A stretch of 64,000 nucleotides of DNA from Nitrososphaerota archaeon. Lineage in GTDB: Archaea; Thermoproteota; Nitrososphaeria; Nitrososphaerales; JACPRH01. The position numbers were made by a program, and so were the translations under genes. The notes under the pieces are model-generated. The model was not told the DNA's origin. It saw nothing but the letters and a program-made list of their open reading frames with translations, and ran no database searches. Below are positions 26,776 through 34,569 of this stretch, piece after piece (the first letter of the stretch is position 1; each line of letters starts with the position of its first letter). The stretch is from NCBI GenBank assembly GCA_016190055.1, contig JACPRH010000005.1:35233-99232 (forward strand), in the 5' to 3' direction.

Positions 26776-28482
26776 TTAGGGGGTCACCTTAAACATGAAC
26801 CTTCTACGCGAGACAAGGCTGACTATGATTATAGCAGCCCATAGAGCAAAGGTTAGCAAGATAATCGCAGCTATCGCCTGTTCAATATGTCCGCTGGACC
26901 ACACCCGGAAGAGGGTGGCTGAAATCACCTCGTTACCAGGAGTAAGCAGCAGAATTGCCGCGCCGATTTCTCTGAACGTAATCATAGCTATGTAGGCCCA
27001 GCCGCCTAGTAGAGCAGGCCTAAGCAACACAAGTGTGACCCTCCTGATCGTGTAGAGCGTCGAGGCGCCAGACACTCTTGAGGCGTCTTCAAGATCATGA
27101 TGAATCTGAAGAAGCGGTTCAGAGGTGAAACGCACACCGTGAGCCACATATTTGATAACATACGCGAGTACGAACGCCCAGATTGTTCCATATATCCCAA
27201 TTGGGAGACTGATGAAAGTCCAGAGCAGCCCGACACCGAGCACAAGCCCAGGGAAAGCGACCGGTAGCATAGCGAAAACCTCTAGGATCCCGCGGCCTTT
27301 GACACGACTCTTCTGGGAATAGTAGACGATGAAGACAGCGGCTAATACGGCGATGAAGGCTGAGATACTGGAGACTATGATGCTGTTGACCGCGCTGCTT
27401 GGGAGCTGGGAGTACGAGGTGAGATCAAGGTAGTTGGTGAGACTCAGGTTATCAAAGAGGGTCAGCGGATGCCAGTACGTTTGTAGAGAGGCGATTATGA
27501 GGGTAAAGTATGGGAGGATAACCCCCACGAAGAGATATAGAAGAAGAATAGCTAAGCCAAGGTATCGCCATTTCCCAAGCTTCATAATTCTAGGTGAATA
27601 CCCGCGCCCAGTGATAACGGCGAACCTCTCTGCGCGACGTGTCGCCCTCCGGTAAAGGTAGACGAAAAAGAGTGTGATTACGAACATGATGACAGATTGC
27701 GCGGTCGCTAATCCATAGTTTGGAGGGTTATCATAGAGTGCTGAGATGGTGATTACCGACATGTAGACATCTATATTTCCTGGGATTCCGATAATGGCTG
27801 GAATCTCAAATGATCCGAAGGCGATGATGAAAGAGAGTAAGAAGAGGGAGAGCATTGCGGGGCCCACAAGCGGGAGCGTAACTCGAAATAGCACTGCACG
27901 GACACCTCGGCCTGATATTCGCGCCGCCTCTTCTAGTGAAGGATCAAGGGAGACCATTGCGGATCTCACCCCGACGAAAGCCAAAGGCACCAAGGCGAGA
28001 CCCATCACCCAAATCATTCCTCCGAGGGAGTAAATGTTGAACGGAGGACTGGGAAAACCCAAGAACTGCGTAAAGAAAAGGTTGATCAACCCGGTTCTCG
28101 GAGTCAGCAGATAAACCCAAGCGAGCGATTCGGCGAGCGTCGGAATGACTAGTGCAAAGAAAGGAATGTAGGTGAATATTCGCGCTAACGGCGTATCGGT
28201 GCGTGAAGTTATGAACGCGATAACGGTCGCGATACTTGTCGCTAGAAAAGCGGAGCCCAGAGCAAAAACCACGCTGTTCAGGAGAAGACCGAGACTCCGG
28301 GCTTCACTGAACGTTGCAACATAATTGTCAAGCGTCAGGTGACCCGGCTCACCCGGATTTGAACTCCAAAGGCTTCCGAAGAAGAGCGCTACAGTAGGCA
28401 TTGCTATCAGCACACACATACTGACAATAACCGCCGGAATCAGCAACCGCGAAAGGCTTTTCGAAGCCAAGAGCGCCCTCAA
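26776..28482 (-). CDS. ABC transporter permease, fused two-module type (FbpB/ThiP-like)
   Basis: About 12 TM helices. Two EAA loops (EEAARISGRGVRAVLFRVTLPL and EDASRVSGASTLYTIRRVTLVL). Confidence 0.9.
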   Translation of the reverse strand: MRALLASKSLSRLLIPAVIVSMCVLIAMPTVALFFGSLWSSNPGEPGHLTLDNYVATFSEARSLGLLLNSVVFALGSAFLATSIATVIAFITSRTDTPLARIFTYIPFFALVIPTLAESLAWVYLLTPRTGLINLFFTQFLGFPSPPFNIYSLGGMIWVMGLALVPLAFVGVRSAMVSLDPSLEEAARISGRGVRAVLFRVTLPLVGPAMLSLFLLSFIIAFGSFEIPAIIGIPGNIDVYMSVITISALYDNPPNYGLATAQSVIMFVITLFFVYLYRRATRRAERFAVITGRGYSPRIMKLGKWRYLGLAILLLYLFVGVILPYFTLIIASLQTYWHPLTLFDNLSLTNYLDLTSYSQLPSSAVNSIIVSSISAFIAVLAAVFIVYYSQKSRVKGRGILEVFAMLPVAFPGLVLGVGLLWTFISLPIGIYGTIWAFVLAYVIKYVAHGVRFTSEPLLQIHHDLEDASRVSGASTLYTIRRVTLVLLRPALLGGWAYIAMITFREIGAAILLLTPGNEVISATLFRVWSSGHIEQAIAAIILLTFALWAAIIIVSLVSRRRFMFKVTP

Positions 28483-28599
28483 CCATCTAGCTGCGTAACA
28501 TAAAAGCAGTTTTTCACAGAATCCTGAATAAAGAAAGAATAGGAAGAAAAGATCAGAGCGGACGCTAAGGGTTAACTAGATAAAAAAATATGCGCCGGC

Positions 28600-28627
28600 G
28601 AATAACTTACCTTGAAGTAAGTTATTC
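28600..28627 (-). promoter_or_regulatory. Intercistronic stem-loop (11-bp perfect stem, 6-nt loop) right after the SBP stop codon
   Basis: GAATAACTTAC-cttgaa-GTAAGTTATTC read directly. It abuts the SBP stop (28628-28630) and precedes the permease start (28482). Confidence 0.6.
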
Positions 28628-29782
28628 TTAAGGCTGACTGGTGAAGAGCTTTGTGAAGTAACTCTTGTAAGTTGCGCTATTCTTGACCACGTCGTCGTTC
28701 GGGAAGATTTTTAGATCGTCTGGAGTCTTGCCCGGTAGCACCGTCTGGAGTGTGTATTTTGCAGTGATGTCTTGGCGGGCTGCTATCCTTACCTCGCTGT
28801 TCCCGACCATAGTCTGGCCGTCCTTAGAGAGTATCCAGTCCATGAAGAGTCTCGCGGCGACTGGGTGTGTAGCGTTAGTCACTACGCCCACGGGGAGTAG
28901 GCTTGTCAGCACAGGTAGCCCATCAATTGTGAAGGCGGCTACAGGGGCGCCTTTGTTCTTGGTTCCGAGAAAGTCATGCATATAGACTGATAGGGCGATG
29001 CTTTCTTCGCCGCTTGCAACTGGGTTGATTACATCTTCAAAGGCTGCTTTACGGATAGGCTGGACATTCGTGGCTAGTCGTTCCATGAAGGAGGTCCACT
29101 CTTGTTCACCCATGTATTGCTTTAAGGTGGCGAAGTACTGTGTTCCGACAGTTCCTAGTGTAAGATCGTGGATCGTGTCCTTGCCCTTCCACTTGGGATC
29201 AACAAGTTGATCTACAGTATGTGGAACATCTGAGTCCGGCACTAGAGCGGTGTTACGGACCTGAAGCATTGGGAGAAGCATTGCGGCGACCCAGTGACCT
29301 GTTGAATCTTTGAAGATCGCGGGGTAGGCTGCGGCCTCCGGCGAGTTGTACTGTTCTAGAAGACCCTTGTTTTGCAGGCTAAGCTGAAGAGAAAGACTAA
29401 TCATGACTACGTCAGCAGTCGGTTTGTTAGCTGCCCGCTCAGTCGTTATCTTTGTGAAGATGTTACCAGGCGTATCTGTAAAGAACTGGATACGGGTGCC
29501 CGGGTACTTTTCTTCGAAGACTTTCTGCCACGGAGCGAAGGTCTGTTGATCAACAGTCGTGTAGACAACAAGCGTGTCTTCGGGCTTAGGAGCAGATGTT
29601 GTTGAGGTGCTGGAGGTGGTAGTAGTTGATGTGCTACTGGTGGTGGTTGAGGAGGTGGGGGTGGTTGTGGATGGGTTTAGTGATATGTAGGCTGCGGCTG
29701 CGATGGCGACGATTACTACGATGGCTATTCCTATGTAGGCGTTGCGGTTAACCAATATATTTTCACTACTATGCGAAGACAA
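28628..29782 (-). CDS. ABC transporter substrate-binding protein (family-1 SBP, Fe3+/thiamine-like), membrane-anchored with Thr/Ser linker
   Basis: N-terminal TM (YIGIAIVVIVAIAAAAYISL), linker TTTPTSSTTTSSTSTTTTSSTSTTS, then an SBP fold (LVVYTTVDQ...). Heads the operon with the permease. Confidence 0.85.
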   Translation of the reverse strand: MSSHSSENILVNRNAYIGIAIVVIVAIAAAAYISLNPSTTTPTSSTTTSSTSTTTTSSTSTTSAPKPEDTLVVYTTVDQQTFAPWQKVFEEKYPGTRIQFFTDTPGNIFTKITTERAANKPTADVVMISLSLQLSLQNKGLLEQYNSPEAAAYPAIFKDSTGHWVAAMLLPMLQVRNTALVPDSDVPHTVDQLVDPKWKGKDTIHDLTLGTVGTQYFATLKQYMGEQEWTSFMERLATNVQPIRKAAFEDVINPVASGEESIALSVYMHDFLGTKNKGAPVAAFTIDGLPVLTSLLPVGVVTNATHPVAARLFMDWILSKDGQTMVGNSEVRIAARQDITAKYTLQTVLPGKTPDDLKIFPNDDVVKNSATYKSYFTKLFTSQP

Positions 29783-29863
29783 TAAAGATAACTAATAAAG
29801 ATTTTTCATTCAGACGAAGAGTTGATATCATGTTGCCACCGCCATTAAACTATATATAGAGAG

Positions 29864-31039
29864 TTGGGTTTCATTTTATCCGATTTGAGACTATCGGTTC
29901 CTAGCCGGTTCGAAATGGAGCTGCTGGAGAAGTTTGGGCGCTTTAACAAGAAGTACGGCAGCATCGACAAGATATACGGTTCGCTGCCGAGCTCGATTAT
30001 TGGGCACGGCAGAATCGCAGGGCTAGTGAAGAAGTTCGGAGACTTTGACATGGATCATGTCAGAGAGTTCACGGAGGAAGCGCATAGAATCGGGATTAGA
30101 GTGAACTATCTCGCAAACACACTCTGCCTAGGAGAGGTAGGTTACACTAACGATGGGCGAGAGAAAATTCTCAGCTACCTTGGAGAAGTGTATGAGACGG
30201 GTGCAGACATCATAACCGTCGCCTCACCCTATATTCACCGGCTCGTCAAAACCGAGTATCCTAGCTTGAAGACAGAGATCTCGGTTTACGCTGAAATCGA
30301 CACCGCCCAGAAGTTCAAGAGATGGGAAGAGCTCGGCGCAGACATCATCAACCTGCCTTCGCGAGCCAACCGTGACTTTGAGCTCCTCGAAAGCATCGCT
30401 AAATCCCGCAAAACCGAAGTTGAACTCCTCGTAAACGAATCCTGCCTCTTCCACTGCCCATACTCACTTTACCACCACACAGTAAGCTCTCACCGATCCC
30501 GCATCCCCGACGACGGCGTAGACTACTGCATGCTGGAATGCGTGCAGGATCGGCTAGAAGACCCCTCTGAGCTACTCAAGGCAGCTTGGATCAGACCTGA
30601 AGACATCGCGTACTACGAGAAAACCTACGGTATCGACCGGTACAAGATCCAGGGAAGACAGATGCCGGTTCAATGGATTGAAAAGACAGTCGAAGCCTAC
30701 TCAACCAGAAAGTACAGCGGAAACCTGCTTGACCTAATCAGCCCAACCTACCCAGACTGGTCAGCCCGCTCAGCAGCCAACCAGCAGACTCTGCCAGGAT
30801 TCCAGCCTCAAGACCTAAAGAGACCAGACGTATACATCGACAATAGCCAGCTCGATAGGTTCTTCACAACTCTAGTTAAGAAAGGGGGATGCGCCCCGAC
30901 AAAACCATGCGACACCTGCAGATACTGCAACCAAGCATCGAAGAATCTGGTTCAAATCAGGAACCAGGAACAGTTCAAAACCTATGCGGCTGCGACAAAA
31001 GCGCTTTTTGAACACGCAATAACTGCATCCACTGCCTAG
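29864..31039 (+). CDS. Peptidase-U32-family protein (UbiU/UbiV/RlhA-like putative Fe-S hydroxylase family)
   Basis: TIM-barrel-like U32 pattern: FTEEAHRIGIRVNYLANT...ETGADIITVASPYIHRLVKTEYPSLKTEISVYAEID...LGADIINLPSRANRDFELL...EVELLVNESCLFHCPYS. Four-Cys group: ESC, FHC, DYCMLEC. The TTG start is uncertain, because a TATA-like ctatatata lies only ~10 nt upstream. Confidence 0.7.
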   Translation: MGFILSDLRLSVPSRFEMELLEKFGRFNKKYGSIDKIYGSLPSSIIGHGRIAGLVKKFGDFDMDHVREFTEEAHRIGIRVNYLANTLCLGEVGYTNDGREKILSYLGEVYETGADIITVASPYIHRLVKTEYPSLKTEISVYAEIDTAQKFKRWEELGADIINLPSRANRDFELLESIAKSRKTEVELLVNESCLFHCPYSLYHHTVSSHRSRIPDDGVDYCMLECVQDRLEDPSELLKAAWIRPEDIAYYEKTYGIDRYKIQGRQMPVQWIEKTVEAYSTRKYSGNLLDLISPTYPDWSARSAANQQTLPGFQPQDLKRPDVYIDNSQLDRFFTTLVKKGGCAPTKPCDTCRYCNQASKNLVQIRNQEQFKTYAAATKALFEHAITASTA

Positions 31040-31092
31040 TCAAGACAGGCACGTCGATCTGACCCAGGTAAATCCAGCAAAGTAATGCTTTA

Positions 31093-31515
31093 ATGGTCAT
31101 CGCTGCAGGCTCGGTGAAGCATAAATTGACTCAGTTCTGGTCTAAAGAATTCTTTGAGCAAGCTGGTGAGCGGCTTAATCGTGACGATGAACTCACCAAG
31201 GTTTTCGCCGGTATGAACACTACCATACTCGCAGTAAGTAGTGACAAAGATGAGGCGTTCCTGATCCAGGTGGAAAACGGGAAGATCAGTTCAAGAGAGG
31301 CGCGCCCAGAGGATAAGGCGGAGTTCAAGTTCACATCACTCTATGAAAAATGGGAGAAGATAGCTAAGGGAGAGATGAGAGTCCAAAGCGAAGTAGTCAA
31401 AGGCGGCATCAAGTTCACCGGCTCGATGCCTAAAATGCTGCTCTACCTCGGCAAAGTAGTCCGAATGGAGAAGAAAATTCTCAACATCATCAAATCGATG
31501 AACCTTGAGTACTAA
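31093..31515 (+). CDS. SCP2 (sterol carrier protein 2-like) lipid-binding domain protein
   Basis: 140 aa. SCP2 pattern: ...TILAVSSDKDEAFLIQVENGKI...AEFKFTSLYEKWEKIAKGEMRVQSEVVKGGIKFTGSMPKMLLYLGK. Confidence 0.75.
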   Translation: MVIAAGSVKHKLTQFWSKEFFEQAGERLNRDDELTKVFAGMNTTILAVSSDKDEAFLIQVENGKISSREARPEDKAEFKFTSLYEKWEKIAKGEMRVQSEVVKGGIKFTGSMPKMLLYLGKVVRMEKKILNIIKSMNLEY

Positions 31516-31649
31516 CTGCCTCTATTCACTACTATCATCACCATCAGAGGCATTGCTACTTACATCGCTTCCATAAAATTCCGCCTCAGAAACAGAACCC
31601 CATAACCAAGACAAAATCTTAATAGTATCAGAAAAGTGAAGTTAACCGT

Positions 31650-32585
31650 ATGACCAAGCTAGTCGTATATACATCATTCTCGTTTATCCTCGACACGTTC
31701 GACATATCGCTGAGAGCGAAATACGCAGATGAACACTTTCACCTGATCACCTTCCGCGACCACCCAAAGATGGTTTACGAACGAATTAAGAAGGAAACAG
31801 AGACTGGAGAACGTACCGCCGATCTCGTGATAGGCCCGCATTGGATGATCCTGAACCTCCAACTCCAAGGTCTCCTACGACACTATGACTCACCTGAATT
31901 CGCTGCATACCCGAAGGAGTTCCACAACCCGAAGGGAGCTTGGTGCGCAATGGCACTCTCACCCGTAGGCCTCGCCTACAACACCGACTTGGTCAAGGAA
32001 GATGAGGCGCCGACGACATTAGATGGAGCGCTTGACGAGAAGTGGCGCGGAAAACTAGCCGCCCACGAAATCACCGACAACGTGGAAGGACAGATGGGAC
32101 TCACATACCTGACCGCACTCAACCGCATCATAGGCGAAAAGAAGTGGAACGAAATAGTCGGAAGGCTAGCTGATCTTAAACCGAAGACCTATATGTGCAT
32201 GCCTGAGATGGCACTAAACATTGGGTTAGGTAACAGCTACCTCGGCCTCCCCGCGACCCTGGCCTGCATTTCATACTACCTAGATATCCAAGGCCGGCCA
32301 GTCGCTCACAGAATGCCCACAGACATCCCATACATGGCGACCTTCGCACCCACAATCGCCATCGTAAAGGGCGGCGAGAACGCGGATTGGGCTGAACGAG
32401 CATTCAACTTCGCGCTCTCAGAGGATTGGCAATCCCACGTCGAGGGATTGGGCGGAAAGATTCCGACTAGACCAGGCATGGCTTCTTTAAACCCCGTTCC
32501 GGAAGATGCGAAGTATTTCCCAACCCTTGAAGATGCGAGAAACATACCGAAGTACCTTGACATCTTGAGAAGCAAGATGGCGTAA
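31650..32585 (+). CDS. Leaderless (cytoplasmic) paralog of the ABC substrate-binding protein
   Basis: Collinear similarity to the SBP at 28628-29782. For example, YDSPEFAAYPKEFHNPKGAWCAMALSPVGLAYNTDLV...LDEKWRGK aligns with YNSPEAAAYPAIFKDSTGHWVAAMLLPMLQVRNTALV...VDPKWKGK. It starts directly with the first beta-strand (KLVVYTS) and has no TM/signal or Thr-rich linker. Confidence 0.7.
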   Translation: MTKLVVYTSFSFILDTFDISLRAKYADEHFHLITFRDHPKMVYERIKKETETGERTADLVIGPHWMILNLQLQGLLRHYDSPEFAAYPKEFHNPKGAWCAMALSPVGLAYNTDLVKEDEAPTTLDGALDEKWRGKLAAHEITDNVEGQMGLTYLTALNRIIGEKKWNEIVGRLADLKPKTYMCMPEMALNIGLGNSYLGLPATLACISYYLDIQGRPVAHRMPTDIPYMATFAPTIAIVKGGENADWAERAFNFALSEDWQSHVEGLGGKIPTRPGMASLNPVPEDAKYFPTLEDARNIPKYLDILRSKMA

Positions 32586-32623
32586 GCAGCCTTCCCGAGG
32601 CGCATTCTTTCCGACTAGAAAGC

Positions 32624-32639
32624 CTAGCCGGCCGGCTGG
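32624..32639. repeat. CTAGCCGGCCGGCTGG near-palindrome between convergent genes. Short relative of the 42.9/63.0/63.4 kb repeat core.
   Basis: Read directly. Contains the 12-bp perfect palindrome AGCCGGCCGGCT. Shares the ctagccgg / cggctgg / ttagg blocks with copy C (63397-63430). Confidence 0.5.
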
Positions 32640-32695
32640 TTCTTAGGTTATTGTGTACATCTTCGCAGATGCATTGTAATAGACAGTAGTATGCT

Positions 32696-34132
32696 TTAGA
32701 CGGCGGTTACAGCGTCTTTGTATTCAACGGCTCGTTTGATGATTTCAGATTCCGTGAGGTCTTCACGCTCCAGTCCGAGCGGGTGCTCGATCTTTCCTTC
32801 GCCTAGATCGCGGCAGTAATCGTAATAGTCTTTGAAGCTGCTTCTCAGCCGCCGCATGTTGAACCGTTTCGGAAACAAGTCTATGGGTGAGCCGGGTGTT
32901 AGCCGGAGTGGGACGCATTCAAGCTGATCCTGCGGATTCTGGAACATCTGCGGGTACCGCTTCTTCATTTCAAGCGATAATTTGACAGTTTCTTGGAAGT
33001 CCTGTTCTGTTTCGAATGGGAGGCCACAGATGAACCAGAGAAAGAGCTGTGCACCGCGTGGAGAACCGACTTCCGAGATTTTCTCAACCGCCTTTGACAA
33101 CTGGTTGTTGGTGTAGAACTGCTTGTGGAAGCCTTGGCTGCAGAGCTTGTCTCTGAGCCTCTCGGAGCCGCTGTCAGGAGAGATTTGGATCTCGAAGCTC
33201 CTGAAGCTTTCGCCCACTTGGGAGATCAGCTCGTTTGATGGAAGGTTCCAAGGGAGGAAGGTGAGATCAACATCAAGCGGCTTAAGCTCAGCGAAGAGCT
33301 TCTGGAAGTAGGTTTCATCTTTGAAGGGCCCAAAGTCGAGGAAGAGGCTTTCAACCCCATTCTCACTAAGGAGGTTTGCGTCTCGGACAACATCCTCGAC
33401 GGGGCGAAATATTGAGACTCCGCGGCTGAAGATTCTGGTTGAGCCTGTTTTCGAGGTTCCGCAGAAGCAGCAGTTGTAGCTGCAGCCCTTACCCACATAT
33501 AGGTAGAACTCGCTTGATTTTGTGGATACCTTCTCAACTATTTTGCCGGACGATATCGGAGCGGAGGTGCGGACACGGGTCGTTTTGAGGTAATGATCCC
33601 ACTCATCAACCATCTCATTCATGTCTTTGTTGGCAGCGCTCAGGTTTTCAAGCGATGTCTGATGGTAGGTAATCGGCTTAGAAACAAACTCCCCGTCCTT
33701 CATGAACGAAGCATTCTCAGTACGCTCCGGATCAAGGGTGGAGACGTAGTCAAGAAGCGGCTTCTCACCATCACCTTTAACGATGAGGTCGATTGCCGAT
33801 GTGAAATCCAGTATCTGCTTGTTGAAGTAGGTGGATGTGTGGCCGCCGATTACCACCTTTGTCTCGGGGGACTCGGCTTTAACTGCCTCCGCGACCTTCA
33901 ACGCTTCATAACTGTGAATGTACCAGTGTAGACTGATGCAGGCGACCTTCGGATTAAACTGACGAATCTTCGTTCTCACCGTTTCTTCAGTGTTCTTATC
34001 CACAAGCACGGCGATTCGTGAATCATAGGCGTGTTTCCGGAGATAAGCGGACAGACTTAGCATGCCAAGGGAGATTATCCCGTACTGCTTGCCCACAGCA
34101 GGCTGGAAGAAGAGAACATCCACATCCGGCAT
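32696..34132 (-). CDS. B12-binding-domain radical SAM protein (class B rSAM)
   Basis: N-terminal cobalamin-binding Rossmann-like domain (VLFFQP...ISLGMLSLSAYLRKHAYDSRIAVLV...ACISLHW...VVIGGHTSTY). Radical SAM cluster motif CSYNCCFC (CxxxCxxC). Confidence 0.85.
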   Translation of the reverse strand: MPDVDVLFFQPAVGKQYGIISLGMLSLSAYLRKHAYDSRIAVLVDKNTEETVRTKIRQFNPKVACISLHWYIHSYEALKVAEAVKAESPETKVVIGGHTSTYFNKQILDFTSAIDLIVKGDGEKPLLDYVSTLDPERTENASFMKDGEFVSKPITYHQTSLENLSAANKDMNEMVDEWDHYLKTTRVRTSAPISSGKIVEKVSTKSSEFYLYVGKGCSYNCCFCGTSKTGSTRIFSRGVSIFRPVEDVVRDANLLSENGVESLFLDFGPFKDETYFQKLFAELKPLDVDLTFLPWNLPSNELISQVGESFRSFEIQISPDSGSERLRDKLCSQGFHKQFYTNNQLSKAVEKISEVGSPRGAQLFLWFICGLPFETEQDFQETVKLSLEMKKRYPQMFQNPQDQLECVPLRLTPGSPIDLFPKRFNMRRLRSSFKDYYDYCRDLGEGKIEHPLGLEREDLTESEIIKRAVEYKDAVTAV

Positions 34133-34240
34133 TTAGTATCTCACCACAAAAGACATTCTTCGGCTATTTTAGCACTCCGCCGCCGCAAAACCCTTTAATA
34201 ATTACGTTGGCTCTGACGAATTCACGGTACTGAATAATAG

Positions 34241-34489
34241 ATGTCGGCCTTACGAGATGCTTTCGCTGAGCTAGATGAGAAGCAGACGCTTCTAGCGATC
34301 CAGCAAATGATTGACCGTGGAGAAGATCCTAAGGAGATACTGGCTGAGGCGCGTCGAGGATTACAGATTGTCGGCGAACGGTTTGAAGCGAGGCAGTACG
34401 CGCTTATTGAGCTTGAGATGGCTGATGAGCTTTTCCGAGAATGCGTCAAAGCGGTGGAGGAGAAGACGGATCAGGGGAGGGTGGACTGA
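34241..34489 (+). CDS. Stand-alone corrinoid-protein 'cap' (B12-binding_2 helical bundle) mini-protein
   Basis: 82 aa. LRDAFAELDEKQTLLAIQQMIDRGEDPKEILAEARRGLQIVGERFEARQYALIELEMADELFRECVKAV matches the N-terminal cap of MtaC/MetH-type corrinoid domains. The ORF stops before any DxHxxG Rossmann module, and only 80 nt remain before the next gene. Confidence 0.6.
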   Translation: MSALRDAFAELDEKQTLLAIQQMIDRGEDPKEILAEARRGLQIVGERFEARQYALIELEMADELFRECVKAVEEKTDQGRVD

Positions 34490-34569
34490 ACCTGCGCCGA
34501 TTACCTAGAGAAAAGGAAAGTTGTTGTCAACAAATAACAATCGCCTAGAAGAGATGTGAGGAGCTAACA

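Noticed and set aside
34222-34508. Alternative-frame ORFs (34222-34449 minus, 34311-34508 plus) overlapping the corrinoid-cap ORF
   Set aside because: Only the 34241-34489 frame yields the recognisable B12-binding_2 helical-cap pattern. The others are Ser/Arg-rich shadow frames.
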